Assembly (NCBI GenBank): GCA_016934675.1
Contig: JAFGSJ010000104.1
Location: 10,861 to 74,860 of the forward strand
Direction of reading: 5' to 3'
Source: a bacterium
GTDB lineage: Bacteria; CSSED10-310; JAFGSJ01
DNA: 64,000 nt
Made by a program: the position numbers and the translations under genes. Shown here piece after piece: positions 27,049-36,800 of the stretch. How positions within the stretch are numbered: position 1 is the first letter of the stretch; each line of letters opens with the position of its first letter. A model generated the notes under the pieces. That model was not told where the DNA came from. It was given only the letters and a program-made list of their open reading frames with translations, and searched no databases.

Positions 27049-29343
27049 TTAGAAAGTGATCGCAAGGCCGCCATACATCTTTCTGCCCACAAGCGGCGCA
27101 TAGATATAGGCGGCGGTATCTTCCTGTTCGGCATTGTAGATGGTTTCCTGCGTATAGTCGAAAAGATTGTCAACACCGAAAAACAGTTCAACAGTATCAT
27201 TCATGAATGATCGGGTGAGTTTCAGATCGACGAGACCATAGTCGGTGACATGATCGATGGAATAGTCGAGTTCGTCAGAGCCCTCAATAACAAGCTCCTT
27301 TTCTACGTATTGCCTGCCGATGTAGCGACCGCTGAGGGCCAGATCGACGCCGGTGTGTTTTTCCTTATAGCCGATGGTCATCTGGGCGGTGAAGTGAGGC
27401 ACCCGTTGGATATATGTGCTTTCTTCCCACTCGGGATCGAGCTGCTCATCATACCGGGCATCGACAAAGGCAACAACCAGATCGACCTTGCATGGCCAGA
27501 TATTCCACAATGATGCATTGACTTCAAGGCCCTGTGTGAAGGCATCACCGGCATTATCATAGATGCCGAGGTTGAGTTCCTCATCATATTCAAGAGCGAT
27601 CTTATCTTTGATATCGGTCCGAAAGAGATTGAGGTCGAGCGTGTAACCGACACCGTAATAGGTCGAACTCAGCGTGTAACTCCAGGATTTTTCGGGTTTG
27701 ATACCGGGTGAGACATCGACCAGCGGTGCGGCTGAGCACAGGTGAAGATCTTCCGCAAAGAGATAGGGGACCTTGAAACCGCCCCCGAAGCCTGCCCGCA
27801 AGGCAAGGTTACCGGTGATATCCCACTTCACGGCCAGTCGCGGGCTGAAGGCCGAGTCATCGACCAGGGTGCTGTCAACATGATCATAGCGCCCGCCGAT
27901 AACAACATTTACCCCGCTACCGCCTAAGTTGATCTCGTCCTGAAGAAAGAGACCATAGACATCCGCTTCCATTTCATCCTGGGCTTCCCAATTGATCATC
28001 TGTTCAAGGAGCTCGGTCCTGTAGTTTGCACCTAAAGAAAAAGTGCTGTTACTGAAAAAATCCCGCGACAAAACAGCGTCATATTGATAGATCGTCTCGT
28101 CCGAGTCAAAGGGGCGCTCTCCATTGGTTGCATCACGAACATGATTTGATGTTAATGCCGTCATTTTCACTTCTGTTGTATCAGCGAATGCACCCGTATA
28201 ACTAAAACCGTATTCTCTTCTGCGCGTGGTAATGTGTTCCGCATCCGGATCGAGAGCATCATCGATCCCGCGAGTGTATCCAATGATATCGCCCTCTTCA
28301 TCATAGACAGGCTTACCGCCCGGAATATAGCCACCCTTTCTGAATTCGTCGATAATCCTTGAGAACAGAGTGACCCGGTGTTTGTCATCGAGAAAATAAT
28401 AATGCATCTTCAGACCGAAGTACGTGTTATCCCGTTCAACCATGTCGGTATAACCGTCATCATTGTCATCGACAAAATCATTCTGGTGCTTGGTCGCGCT
28501 CACGATCCCGGCAAAATTGCCCTGTCGCATGGAATAACTGCCGGTCAATTCTGACTCGTTAAACTCTCCGATTGAGGCTTTGAACAGTCCAGAAGGAGCT
28601 ATCTCACTCGGTTCCTTGGTAATGATATTGACCACCCCACCGATCGCTGAAGCTCCATACAGGGCTGAACTTGCCCCCTTCACCACCTCGAGACGTTCAA
28701 TATCGGATGGGGGAATCTGCCTGAGCAGATATATGCCGGCCAGAGCACTATAAATGGGTTGTCCGTCAATCAGCAACGCAATGTAACCACTCTCGAGACC
28801 ATTCATCCTGATACTCGAGAAATTGCAATTCGTACACGATGTCTCGACATTTAAACCCGGGACAATACCTTTATCGAGGACCTCATACAGATTGTTCGCA
28901 CCACTTTTCTCAATTTCCTGTCTGTTGACCAATTCAACCCGGACCGGCAGCTCCCTGATTGTTCTCTCCGTTCGAGTCGCGGTTACCACAAGCTGGTCCT
29001 CAACGACAAACACCCGTAAGGCAATATCTACACACTTCGGACTCGCGCTATCAATTTCGACCGTCCTTTTCTGTTCCAGATAACCCGGTGCACTTGCCAC
29101 AAGCATGTATTTCCCGGACGCAACATCTTTGATCGTATACGAACCGTCAATGCCCGTCATGCTCCGACAAGATGTGCCAATGATGGAAACCAAAGCGTGT
29201 CTCACCGGTTCACCGGTTAATTCATCCATAACTTTTCCCGTAATGATACCATGCTCATGATTGAGCTGTGGAAGAGCGATTGCAGGCAAAGCCATTAAAA
29301 AACAGATAGCCGCGGACAACAGTGTGACGATAGATCTGGACAT
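27049..29343 (-). CDS. TonB-dependent receptor with N-terminal carboxypeptidase-regulatory-like domain
   Basis: Signal peptide, then ITGKVMDELTGEPVRHALVSIIG...DGSYTI (CarbopepD_reg-like). Plug motifs are VVVTATRTERT and DGQPIY. The beta-barrel ends in ...YGGLAITF. ATG 29343 is preferred over TTG 29361 because AAGGAG lies 7 nt upstream. Confidence 0.85.
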   Translation of the reverse strand: MSRSIVTLLSAAICFLMALPAIALPQLNHEHGIITGKVMDELTGEPVRHALVSIIGTSCRSMTGIDGSYTIKDVASGKYMLVASAPGYLEQKRTVEIDSASPKCVDIALRVFVVEDQLVVTATRTERTIRELPVRVELVNRQEIEKSGANNLYEVLDKGIVPGLNVETSCTNCNFSSIRMNGLESGYIALLIDGQPIYSALAGIYLLRQIPPSDIERLEVVKGASSALYGASAIGGVVNIITKEPSEIAPSGLFKASIGEFNESELTGSYSMRQGNFAGIVSATKHQNDFVDDNDDGYTDMVERDNTYFGLKMHYYFLDDKHRVTLFSRIIDEFRKGGYIPGGKPVYDEEGDIIGYTRGIDDALDPDAEHITTRRREYGFSYTGAFADTTEVKMTALTSNHVRDATNGERPFDSDETIYQYDAVLSRDFFSNSTFSLGANYRTELLEQMINWEAQDEMEADVYGLFLQDEINLGGSGVNVVIGGRYDHVDSTLVDDSAFSPRLAVKWDITGNLALRAGFGGGFKVPYLFAEDLHLCSAAPLVDVSPGIKPEKSWSYTLSSTYYGVGYTLDLNLFRTDIKDKIALEYDEELNLGIYDNAGDAFTQGLEVNASLWNIWPCKVDLVVAFVDARYDEQLDPEWEESTYIQRVPHFTAQMTIGYKEKHTGVDLALSGRYIGRQYVEKELVIEGSDELDYSIDHVTDYGLVDLKLTRSFMNDTVELFFGVDNLFDYTQETIYNAEQEDTAAYIYAPLVGRKMYGGLAITF

Positions 29344-29372
29344 GGTGATTCTCCTTTGCAAAACAGGGTTAC

Positions 29373-29413
29373 AAAAAAAAGAGCCCGAACGTCAACACAT
29401 AACGTTCGGGCTC
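29373..29413 (-). terminator. rho-independent terminator (minus strand)
   Basis: A 12-bp perfect stem pairs GAGCCCGAACGT (29381-29392) with ACGTTCGGGCTC (29402-29413). On the minus strand it is followed by T8 (A8 at 29373-29380). It lies downstream of the Com-like ORF and directly upstream of the receptor gene. Confidence 0.7.
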
Positions 29414-29469
29414 GGGATTCGCGATGACCTCTGGCCTCAATTCATTTATATATCAGGAGATGTCTGAAG

Positions 29470-29718
29470 CTATGACGCGGAAATTTTCTCCTTTATCGGT
29501 ATATCAAACCAACCGCTGTCCAAATTCATGATGATCTCATTCAAATCGAGAAACATCTCCCGTTTGCACCGGGGACAACGAATGGTGATCCCATTCCTTG
29601 ATACTCTCGCAAGAAGTTTGTTGCACATACAGCGGATATCAGCATTGCCGGGAAGACACTCTTTCAACTCAGCAGATAAAGCTGCTCCACCCTTACTATT
29701 TATAGATTTCGTGCTCAA
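29470..29718 (-). CDS. Com-like zinc-ribbon protein
   Basis: IRCMCNKLLARVSRNGITIRCPRCKRE resembles the phage Mu Com zinc-ribbon pattern (RCxxCNKLL...IxIxCPRCK), with CxC in place of the first CxxC. The start is TTG 29718, with AGGAG 7 nt upstream. It overlaps the Fur-family stop by 23 nt. Confidence 0.5.
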   Translation of the reverse strand: MSTKSINSKGGAALSAELKECLPGNADIRCMCNKLLARVSRNGITIRCPRCKREMFLDLNEIIMNLDSGWFDIPIKEKISAS

Positions 29719-30154
29719 TTATCTTCTCCTGACATTCCGGGCAAATACCCCATAATTCCAAAAAATGATACTTTAACTTAAAACCGTATCTCCCGGCAAT
29801 CTTATCTTGTAAATCCTCGATCTCGTTATCAAAAAATTCAACAACCTTACCACAATGGTCGCACACCAGATGATCATGATGCGTATGCCCAAAAATATGT
29901 TCATAAACCTGTTCTTCATTACTACTGCACACCGACGCCTTTCTGATTATTCGTGATCGAATCAAATGCGGTATTGTCCGGTATACAGTTGCCCGACTGA
30001 TCTTATGACCAGAAGCTTCCAGATGGTGGAGCAACTCAGTTACAGTGAAGTGATCATGAAGCTGCACAAGCGATTCAAGGATGGTCTTCCTTTCAGATGT
30101 CATCCTTAAATTCTGACCCGATATAAATTGCTGAAATCGTTTTTGTGACCCCAT
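29696..30154 (-). CDS. Fur-family metalloregulator
   Basis: 152 aa. It has a winged-helix segment (ISRATVYRTI), HTHHDHLVCDHCGKVVEF and a C-terminal CPEC pair. AAGGAG lies 8 nt upstream. Confidence 0.9.
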   Translation of the reverse strand: MGSQKRFQQFISGQNLRMTSERKTILESLVQLHDHFTVTELLHHLEASGHKISRATVYRTIPHLIRSRIIRKASVCSSNEEQVYEHIFGHTHHDHLVCDHCGKVVEFFDNEIEDLQDKIAGRYGFKLKYHFLELWGICPECQEKIIEHEIYK

Positions 30155-30183
30155 TACACCACTCCTTGTTGCGATTAAGTCTC

Positions 30184-30212
30184 ATGTTAGATCGTGAATA
30201 ATCTCATGTCAA
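30184..30212 (-). promoter_or_regulatory. sigma70-type promoter candidate for the Fur-family gene, overlapped by a direct repeat
   Basis: On the minus strand, TTGACA (30212-30207), a 17-nt spacer and TAACAT (30189-30184). The 8-mer ACATGAGA occurs twice 22 nt apart, overlapping the -35 and -10 elements. On the plus strand this is TCTCATGT at 30180-30187 and 30202-30209. Confidence 0.45.
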
Positions 30213-30519
30213 GAGGACGGCGAAAATAATGTGCAGAATAGGGGAGGCAGTTCTACTCTATTAAGCTGGTTGTGCTTCAGTGTAGATGGGGATGTCTACT
30301 CTATTATGAATATCCAATTATGCTCAACTAACTGGCTCTTTGTGTTGGATCTAAGCGTTATAAGAAGTCTTGACCCACTGCTGATCTAACACAAAGACAC
30401 AATGCTATAAAAGAAACCATCTCGCCAGGTAGTGAAATACCATAATAAATCGAGTCAAAGTATATAGTGCCGGTCTAACGCCCTTTCTTCAAGACAGGCT
30501 CTATTTTAGCATGTAGTGC

Positions 30520-30548
30520 TTGACTTTCTCGATGTTGATAGTTACAAT
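30520..30548 (+). promoter_or_regulatory. near-consensus sigma70 promoter
   Basis: TTGACT (30520-30525), a 17-nt spacer and TACAAT (30543-30548). It lies about 67 nt upstream of the ATG at 30616. Confidence 0.5.
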
Positions 30549-30615
30549 TAATCTTAATGCTGTTTCTGATTTGTTTCAACATTCTCTGATAATGAACTAC
30601 TTGTGAGATATAAAA

Positions 30616-31029
30616 ATGTCACAATTAGTAGGAAAAGAATGTAAGATATGTAATAAGATGATCCATATTTCAATTGATGCTGAATCGTGTCTATTCTGTG
30701 ATGCTCCATTTCATAAGAGCTGCTTGGCAAATAATGAGAGTTGTCCAGTTTGTAAAGTAAATTTCGTTGATGCGAGAAAGCAGATTATGAAGTTAAGTGT
30801 AGTGCGGAAATTGCCCCAGATTTGTTGTGGATGCCTCGAACCAACAGAGAAATATTATAAACTTAAAAGTACTGGGGAGGGTGGCCTTAGTGGTTTTGAT
30901 CTAGTGTCTTTGCCAGTTGCCTGGATTTCGATATTTTTTGGATTTATTAAAAAATATGATATGTATGTTAAATTTTCAAATATTGATTTTATTAATGCTG
31001 TTAGTGAAATAGAAGAAAACAGAAAATAA
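30616..31029 (+). CDS. hypothetical protein with N-terminal C4HC3 cross-brace (PHD/RING-variant-like) zinc finger
   Basis: The pattern is C9-x2-C12-x12-C25-x2-C28-x4-H33-x2-C36-x6-C43-x2-C46. A hydrophobic segment (LVSLPVAWISIFFGFI) lies near the C-terminus. The gene is very AT-rich compared with its flanks. Confidence 0.5.
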   Translation: MSQLVGKECKICNKMIHISIDAESCLFCDAPFHKSCLANNESCPVCKVNFVDARKQIMKLSVVRKLPQICCGCLEPTEKYYKLKSTGEGGLSGFDLVSLPVAWISIFFGFIKKYDMYVKFSNIDFINAVSEIEENRK

Positions 31030-31196
31030 ATCGAGCATTGTACCAAGTTATTTCATCTTTCCTAAAGCTTTTACAACGCCACTTTGGCGGAGATCGCTCC
31101 TAATTACATGTTCCTTTTACTGATTTTCTCTTGTACCCCCCAGGCCCTTGAAGAGGCTGGTCGGCTTCTGATAGAATAGAAAAAATAGAATTACCC

Positions 31197-31861
31197 TTAT
31201 TCCTCCCAGTGGCCAAGTGTAAGACCAGCCCTTAAAGTGATACCGACTTCGCCAAGATTCAATTCCTCGATATTCCCCACTAGTTTACCCAGGGCATTCG
31301 TAAAAAGGTTTTTAGTCTTGCACCAAAGCGTGTTATGTGGTCTTAGGGCCAGGCTGAGCTCAACAATCGCATCTTCAGAAGAAGCTGCCTTCTGAAGGTC
31401 TACAAAAAGACATAGATAGCGATTTGTCAGTTGTCGTTTGACTTCCTTCATAGGCTTGTTTTGCCCATACGTCGTTGGGCGGTTAAGAGAATATGGGCGC
31501 TCTCATCAAGATATTGGATCATCAATTTGATATCGTCTTTTCGGTCCCAGAATCGGTCTCCCTCAACCCAATTTCCGTATGCTTGTTTTAAGGTATCACT
31601 CATGTTTTTCCAGTATCCGTCAACGGATTTGTTGGTAACAAATTTGTTGGTATTGTGGGGCGATTTGAAATGATTGTCAAGATGACCTCTCAATGGCTCA
31701 TTCATCAGGAACGACTCAACTGTTTGGCTTCCAGCAAGGCTGCGGCTTGTTCGGCCAAGGTCACATCCAACACAGTGTTTAAGCGTTCGAGTTGATGACG
31801 AATGGCACTGGATTTGATAAGACATCGGTTTCCCACTATTGTACCTCTGAAATTGGGTCAA
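31197..31861 (-). pseudogene. degraded P-loop ATPase (Arch_ATPase/AAA-like), frameshifted at the Walker A motif and 3'-truncated
   Basis: ORF 31448..31861 ends ...ILLTAQRRMGKTSL*. ORF 31197..31451 continues in another frame as MKEVKRQLTNRYLCLFVDLQ.... Intact family members read GxRRxGKTSL-[LM]-KE.... The second piece stops before any Walker B motif. Confidence 0.6.
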
Positions 31862-33660
31862 ATGATCAAGCGGACACCGCCCAGTTCGGACAGATTATGC
31901 GGGAATGATTCGCCGGGAGCACCGATAAACATGTAATTGAGAGGGACTTCATATTCCTGTGATATGGCATCGATCGTGCCCGGATTGAATTCACCTTCTT
32001 TAAGAATCAAATTGATCTTGATTTCCGGGTAAACCTCATCCAGAAATTCAAGGTCCTTCTTGAGATTGGACGGAATTTTATTTTTGTCGGTGTAGAGATG
32101 GACCACCGTCACAATTTTGGTTAGCTCGTTGTCACGGACGTAGAGCATGGCTTTATTGAGATTGGCTGCATTATCACCCTTGGTAAAAAAAATGATGCCT
32201 TGTGAATTGATCTTATCGATATTTTCGAGAATCCGTGCACTCATGCGCTCGTTAAATTCCCGGACCCTCTTGCTCATTTCACTCAGAAGATAAAGAAACA
32301 GGGCTAACAGTTTGGTCCTCAGGAACATGAGTCCGACCACCAGAACAGTTGGAATGAAATAAGTCAGGAAAAAACCGAGATATTTATAATCGATCAGAAT
32401 ATTACCGATTATGCCGGCGATCGTTGCTGCCATGGCAAACAGAACAGTGAACCAACCCGCCCGGTAATTCCTGCGAAGTCGTGAGCGACGAATTTTAAGG
32501 AGAATATTCCCCATGGCGAACAGGGTCATCACCCCGAGAAAAGAAATGGTATAGACCCCTCCCAGAGCAAGCAGATCGCCTTTGGTCAACAGAATGATGG
32601 ACGAACACATCAAGAAGAAGACGATAAAAATCCGATGCGTTGTTCCCCTTCTGTTCTCGAACAGCAAAAATTGGGGCAGGCATCTATCCAAAGCCATTCT
32701 TCTGACCAGGCCTCCGACGCCGATAAAAGAGGTCAACACTGCCCCACACAGGACAAGGGTGGCATCGATTCCGATCATAATATTCAACCATTTGCCCGAT
32801 AAGACGCTGGCCATATCCGAAAGGAGAAAATCCTTTGACTCGGAAATGAGAGAGATCGGTAAGGTGGACAGGGCCAAAAAAGCTATGACCGGATTGAACA
32901 AGGTGACCGCTACCCACATGTTGCGCAAGGTTTTGACGAAAACGCCCGGAGCCTGTTCCTCGATAAAATTCGCACTCGATTCGAAGCCACTGATACCCAA
33001 CAAACCCGATGAAACACCCAAAAAAAGTGCGGCGAAAATGCCATGCCCGGAAGGGAGCGACGTAGCGAGATTTTGCATGAGTATCGTGCTATCCAGACAC
33101 AAGTGATAGATACCATAGCCTATGAAAATAACCAAGCTGGTTATGTGAATGACAAATATTGATAGGGCGACTCGGGCCGACTCGGTGATTCCCAGAATTG
33201 CCAGAACGGTAAAAACAGCCAAAACCGCGATCGTATAGAGAATGACCGGAACATGGAACAGCGCATGCGAAAAATACTCGACCGCAGTCTTGGCACTGAT
33301 AACCGCAGTCGCTATATATGACAAAATCGTCATGCATGCTGCCAATGAGGCTTTGAATTTGGTGGTTGAATTCAAGAGGGCATTATAAGCCCCACCGTTG
33401 AGCGGTAATGCATCTCCCACTTCAGCATAGACCTTGCGGTACAAAAACAGGATGAAAGCCACAATGACCAGACAGACCGGGGCCAGGTAACCCGCGAAAA
33501 CCGTGCAGATTGCCGCTACATAGAGACATGAGGAAGTGATGTCATTACCGCAAATCGCTGTGGCATAATACTGGTTCAAACGATGCTTCACGGGAGTGAA
33601 TTGTGGCTTCTTGGGGTTTTTCCCTTTTTTATCCCGAGCGGTATGGGAACTCAACTTCAT
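31858..33660 (-). CDS. APC-superfamily amino acid/polyamine permease with cytoplasmic C-terminal domain
   Basis: About 12 TM helices. The N-terminal motif is AICGNDITSSCLYV...ALPLNGGAYN, and a soluble tail of about 130 aa follows. The start is ATG 33660 or GTG 33669. Confidence 0.8.
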   Translation of the reverse strand: MKLSSHTARDKKGKNPKKPQFTPVKHRLNQYYATAICGNDITSSCLYVAAICTVFAGYLAPVCLVIVAFILFLYRKVYAEVGDALPLNGGAYNALLNSTTKFKASLAACMTILSYIATAVISAKTAVEYFSHALFHVPVILYTIAVLAVFTVLAILGITESARVALSIFVIHITSLVIFIGYGIYHLCLDSTILMQNLATSLPSGHGIFAALFLGVSSGLLGISGFESSANFIEEQAPGVFVKTLRNMWVAVTLFNPVIAFLALSTLPISLISESKDFLLSDMASVLSGKWLNIMIGIDATLVLCGAVLTSFIGVGGLVRRMALDRCLPQFLLFENRRGTTHRIFIVFFLMCSSIILLTKGDLLALGGVYTISFLGVMTLFAMGNILLKIRRSRLRRNYRAGWFTVLFAMAATIAGIIGNILIDYKYLGFFLTYFIPTVLVVGLMFLRTKLLALFLYLLSEMSKRVREFNERMSARILENIDKINSQGIIFFTKGDNAANLNKAMLYVRDNELTKIVTVVHLYTDKNKIPSNLKKDLEFLDEVYPEIKINLILKEGEFNPGTIDAISQEYEVPLNYMFIGAPGESFPHNLSELGGVRLII

Positions 33661-33865
33661 CGTCGACACCTACACATCCATCCAATCTTGTCTATTTATC
33701 GTTAAAGCACACGCTGACCCGAACATTATCTGCCTCTTGTAGCCCGCAGCGCCGACATTGAATTGCTGAAATACTAATTACTAAAAGCTAGCACAAAATT
33801 GTACTTGTTGCAAAGCGACGATATGAGGTATTGTAATAGTGCTGAAAAGAAAAAGGGAGGAGATC

Positions 33866-36800
33866 ATGAAGAGCATATCAGTAAGAGCAAGAAGAAGATC
33901 AGTTTTTCTAATCGAGCTATGGGTTATGATTCTGCTTGCACCTGCAAGCCAGGGATTGGTTTTGGCCGGGGAGCGATCCGGGGTGATAGTCCGGGAAGTG
34001 CGTGAAGATGGGTTGGGGCTGGCGGCCGGACTTAAACCTGGCGATGTTCTCCTGGCCTGGAAGAGATTGCCCAATCCCCCTTCGAATCCCGAAAAGGAAA
34101 AGGGTAAGATCAGGACCCATTTTGACTGGTTATGGTTATCACGGGAGCAGGCATTCAGGGGCCCGGTTGAGCTCAGGTTTTCCCGAGAGGGGAAGCGCAT
34201 GAAAACAGTACTGCCGAGGGGTGAGTGGGGTATCATCGTCATCCCCAACCTGTTGGACACGGAGTTACAAATGTATAATACCGGGCGGGAGCTTTTTTCA
34301 AAGGGCTCATTTGATCAAGCCGTAACTCATTTCAACGGGATGATCCGGGAGTATACAAGCAAGAAGCAATGGTATCTGGCCAGTTTCATAGCCTTTATGG
34401 TCGGGCACCAGAGCATGAAAGTCCAAAACTTCGAACAGGCTCGGCAAGCATATCTGGAGGCGATCTCGTTCGCCAGAAAAAGGCAGGATGCAATCGCAAT
34501 GTCAGAGATATATGATATCTTGGCCAAAGCATTTTTGAGGGAGAATAACCTTGAGTCGGCCATTGGGGCTTTTGAGTCGGCCCGAGATATCCGTAAAAAA
34601 TTATGGGGGGCATGTATCGCTTATGCCGATAGCGCGAATTATATCGGGCAGATTTTGCTTGTTCAGGAAAAATATGATCAAGTCGAGCAACTGTACCGGG
34701 AAAATCTGGAAATTATGACGAAACGTGCACCGGGAACAATGAAGGAGGCTTGGAGTTATGGTAATCTCGGGGTGATCTCCATGAAGACGAGAAAGCTGGA
34801 TGAGGCTTTAGGTTATTATCAGAAGGCCCTCGAGATATTTACCACGATCGATCCGGAGAGTGCCGAAGTGGCATTTACTTTAAACAATCTCGGGGCGGTA
34901 GCCTGGCATCGTGGTGATATTGATACGGCAGCGGATTATTTTGTGCAGGCACTGGCCATCAAACGGAAAATCAGTCCCGGCAGCAAGGATGTGGCCTCGA
35001 CGCTGAATAATCTGGGCTCGCTGTTTTGGAAGCGAGGCGATCTCTCGATGGCCGAGAAATATTACAGAGAATCTTATGATCTATACGCGAAAATCATGCC
35101 TGAAAGCGATCTCGTGGCGAAACTCCTCATGAATCGAGGCGTCATCGCATGTGAACGGGGAGATTTAATCGCGGCTGAAGATTACTATAAAAAATCGCTG
35201 AATATCTTTCACGCATTTGCCCCAAACGGCATCGAGGAAGCCGGTGTTTCGCTCAATGTGGCGAATCTGGCCCAGACTCGAGAGGATTTTGATCTTTCTG
35301 AGAACTACATGAGAAAAGCTCTGGACATTTACCGGACTGCTCTGCCCAACAGCCTGGAGTATGCCCGCGCTTTGTGTAATTACGGCTCATTACTGATGAT
35401 GCAGAAACGGTACGAACATGCAGAAGATAATTATCAACAAGCCCTGGCCCTGGTGGAGCGCATTGCCCGGGATAGTATTGAACACGGATATATTCTCCAT
35501 GGTTTTGGTCGTTTTGAGTATAATCGTGGGAGAAGCGACCGGGCGGCGGAGCTGACCGAGCAGGCTTATCAGATCATGATGAAACAAGCGCCCGAGAGTT
35601 TAGCTCAAGCTGATGTTCTGATTACTCTCGGCCAAATTGCCCTGTCCCGGAAGGCCCTTGACAAAGCGGAACAGTATGTGGCTGAAGCCTCTTCCCTGCG
35701 CAGAAAGCTGGCCCCGGATAGTTGGCTCGAGGCCGAGGCCTATCATTATCTGGGGTGTATCTCCAGGAAAAAGGAAGATTTTACCGCAGCACTGACATAT
35801 TTCGAGCTCGCCGTGACTGCACTTGAACGACAGCGTAGGGTCTGGGGACGCGAAGAAGAACTCGAGAAATTCTCGGAACAATTTGCTCAATATTACCGGG
35901 ACCTCGTTGAAATGCAGTGTCGTCTTGGTCAGAATGAGACGGCATTTCATACACTTGAACGATTTCGGGCCAGAAGTCTGTTGAGTATGATCACCGAGCG
36001 TGATCTCGATTTTTCGGTCGATGTTCCTCACGATCTGGTCCTGCGCCAGAAGGAACTCAATGCACAGTATGATCTGGTCCAGGAACAATTAGGTCAGATC
36101 AGTGCCCAACGGGAACCAGAAAAAACTGAGGCACTCCTCAAGGAATTGCAGTCGCTGAAATCCGAACAGGATGATCTTAAGGAAGCTATGCACGGTGCGT
36201 CCCGGAGATTCTCGGCCCTGAACTACCCTGAACCCTTGAACTTGCGGGAGACACAGACAATCATCGGGCCTGATACCCTCTTTGTCTCATATTGTACTGG
36301 CGATGAGGCCATCCAGCTTTTTGCCCTTTACGGGAACAGTATGGAAGTCTATTCAATATCATGTCCGCGTCATGAGTTACACGAGGCGGTCCTTAGTTTC
36401 AGGAATATGCTGGCCCGTCCTCATGAAAAGTCTGATCTAGTCCTGAAAAAGGGCCGCTCTCTTTTCCGGCAACTTCTTGGACCCGTCCAAGATCGGATCC
36501 CGGATGCACGGAATATCGTTGTGTGTGCCGATGGCCCCCTGCATTATCTCCCGTTTTCGGCCTTAGTCACTGAGGACGATGCGTGGCTTGCCGAGATAAA
36601 GCCCATATCGTACATTATTTCCGCAACAGTCTATGCTGAAGCGAAAAAAGCAGAACGAAGTGAAGAGCATGCGCTGGCCATGATGCTCTTTGGAGACCCT
36701 CATTATCCTGAAAATCGCCAGGAGTCGGGTGACCATACGGTGCGGTCAGTAGGCAATAAGCTTTCTCTTTCTGCGCTCCCGGCAACACGCGATGAAGTAC

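Noticed and set aside
29414-29470. Fur box in front of the TonB-dependent receptor
   Set aside because: The best segment (minus strand GATATATAAATGAATTGAG) matches only about 9 of 19 positions of GATAATGATAATCATTATC.
33781-34260. 159-aa minus-strand ORF at the CHAT gene 5' end, and other 60-180-aa antisense ORFs throughout the track (for example 5036..5311, 11983..12540, 39962..40507, 56038..56586)
   Set aside because: All are embedded antisense in CDSs with strong family signatures. They lack start context, and their compositions are Arg/Ser/Pro-rich in a way typical of the reverse frames of coding DNA.
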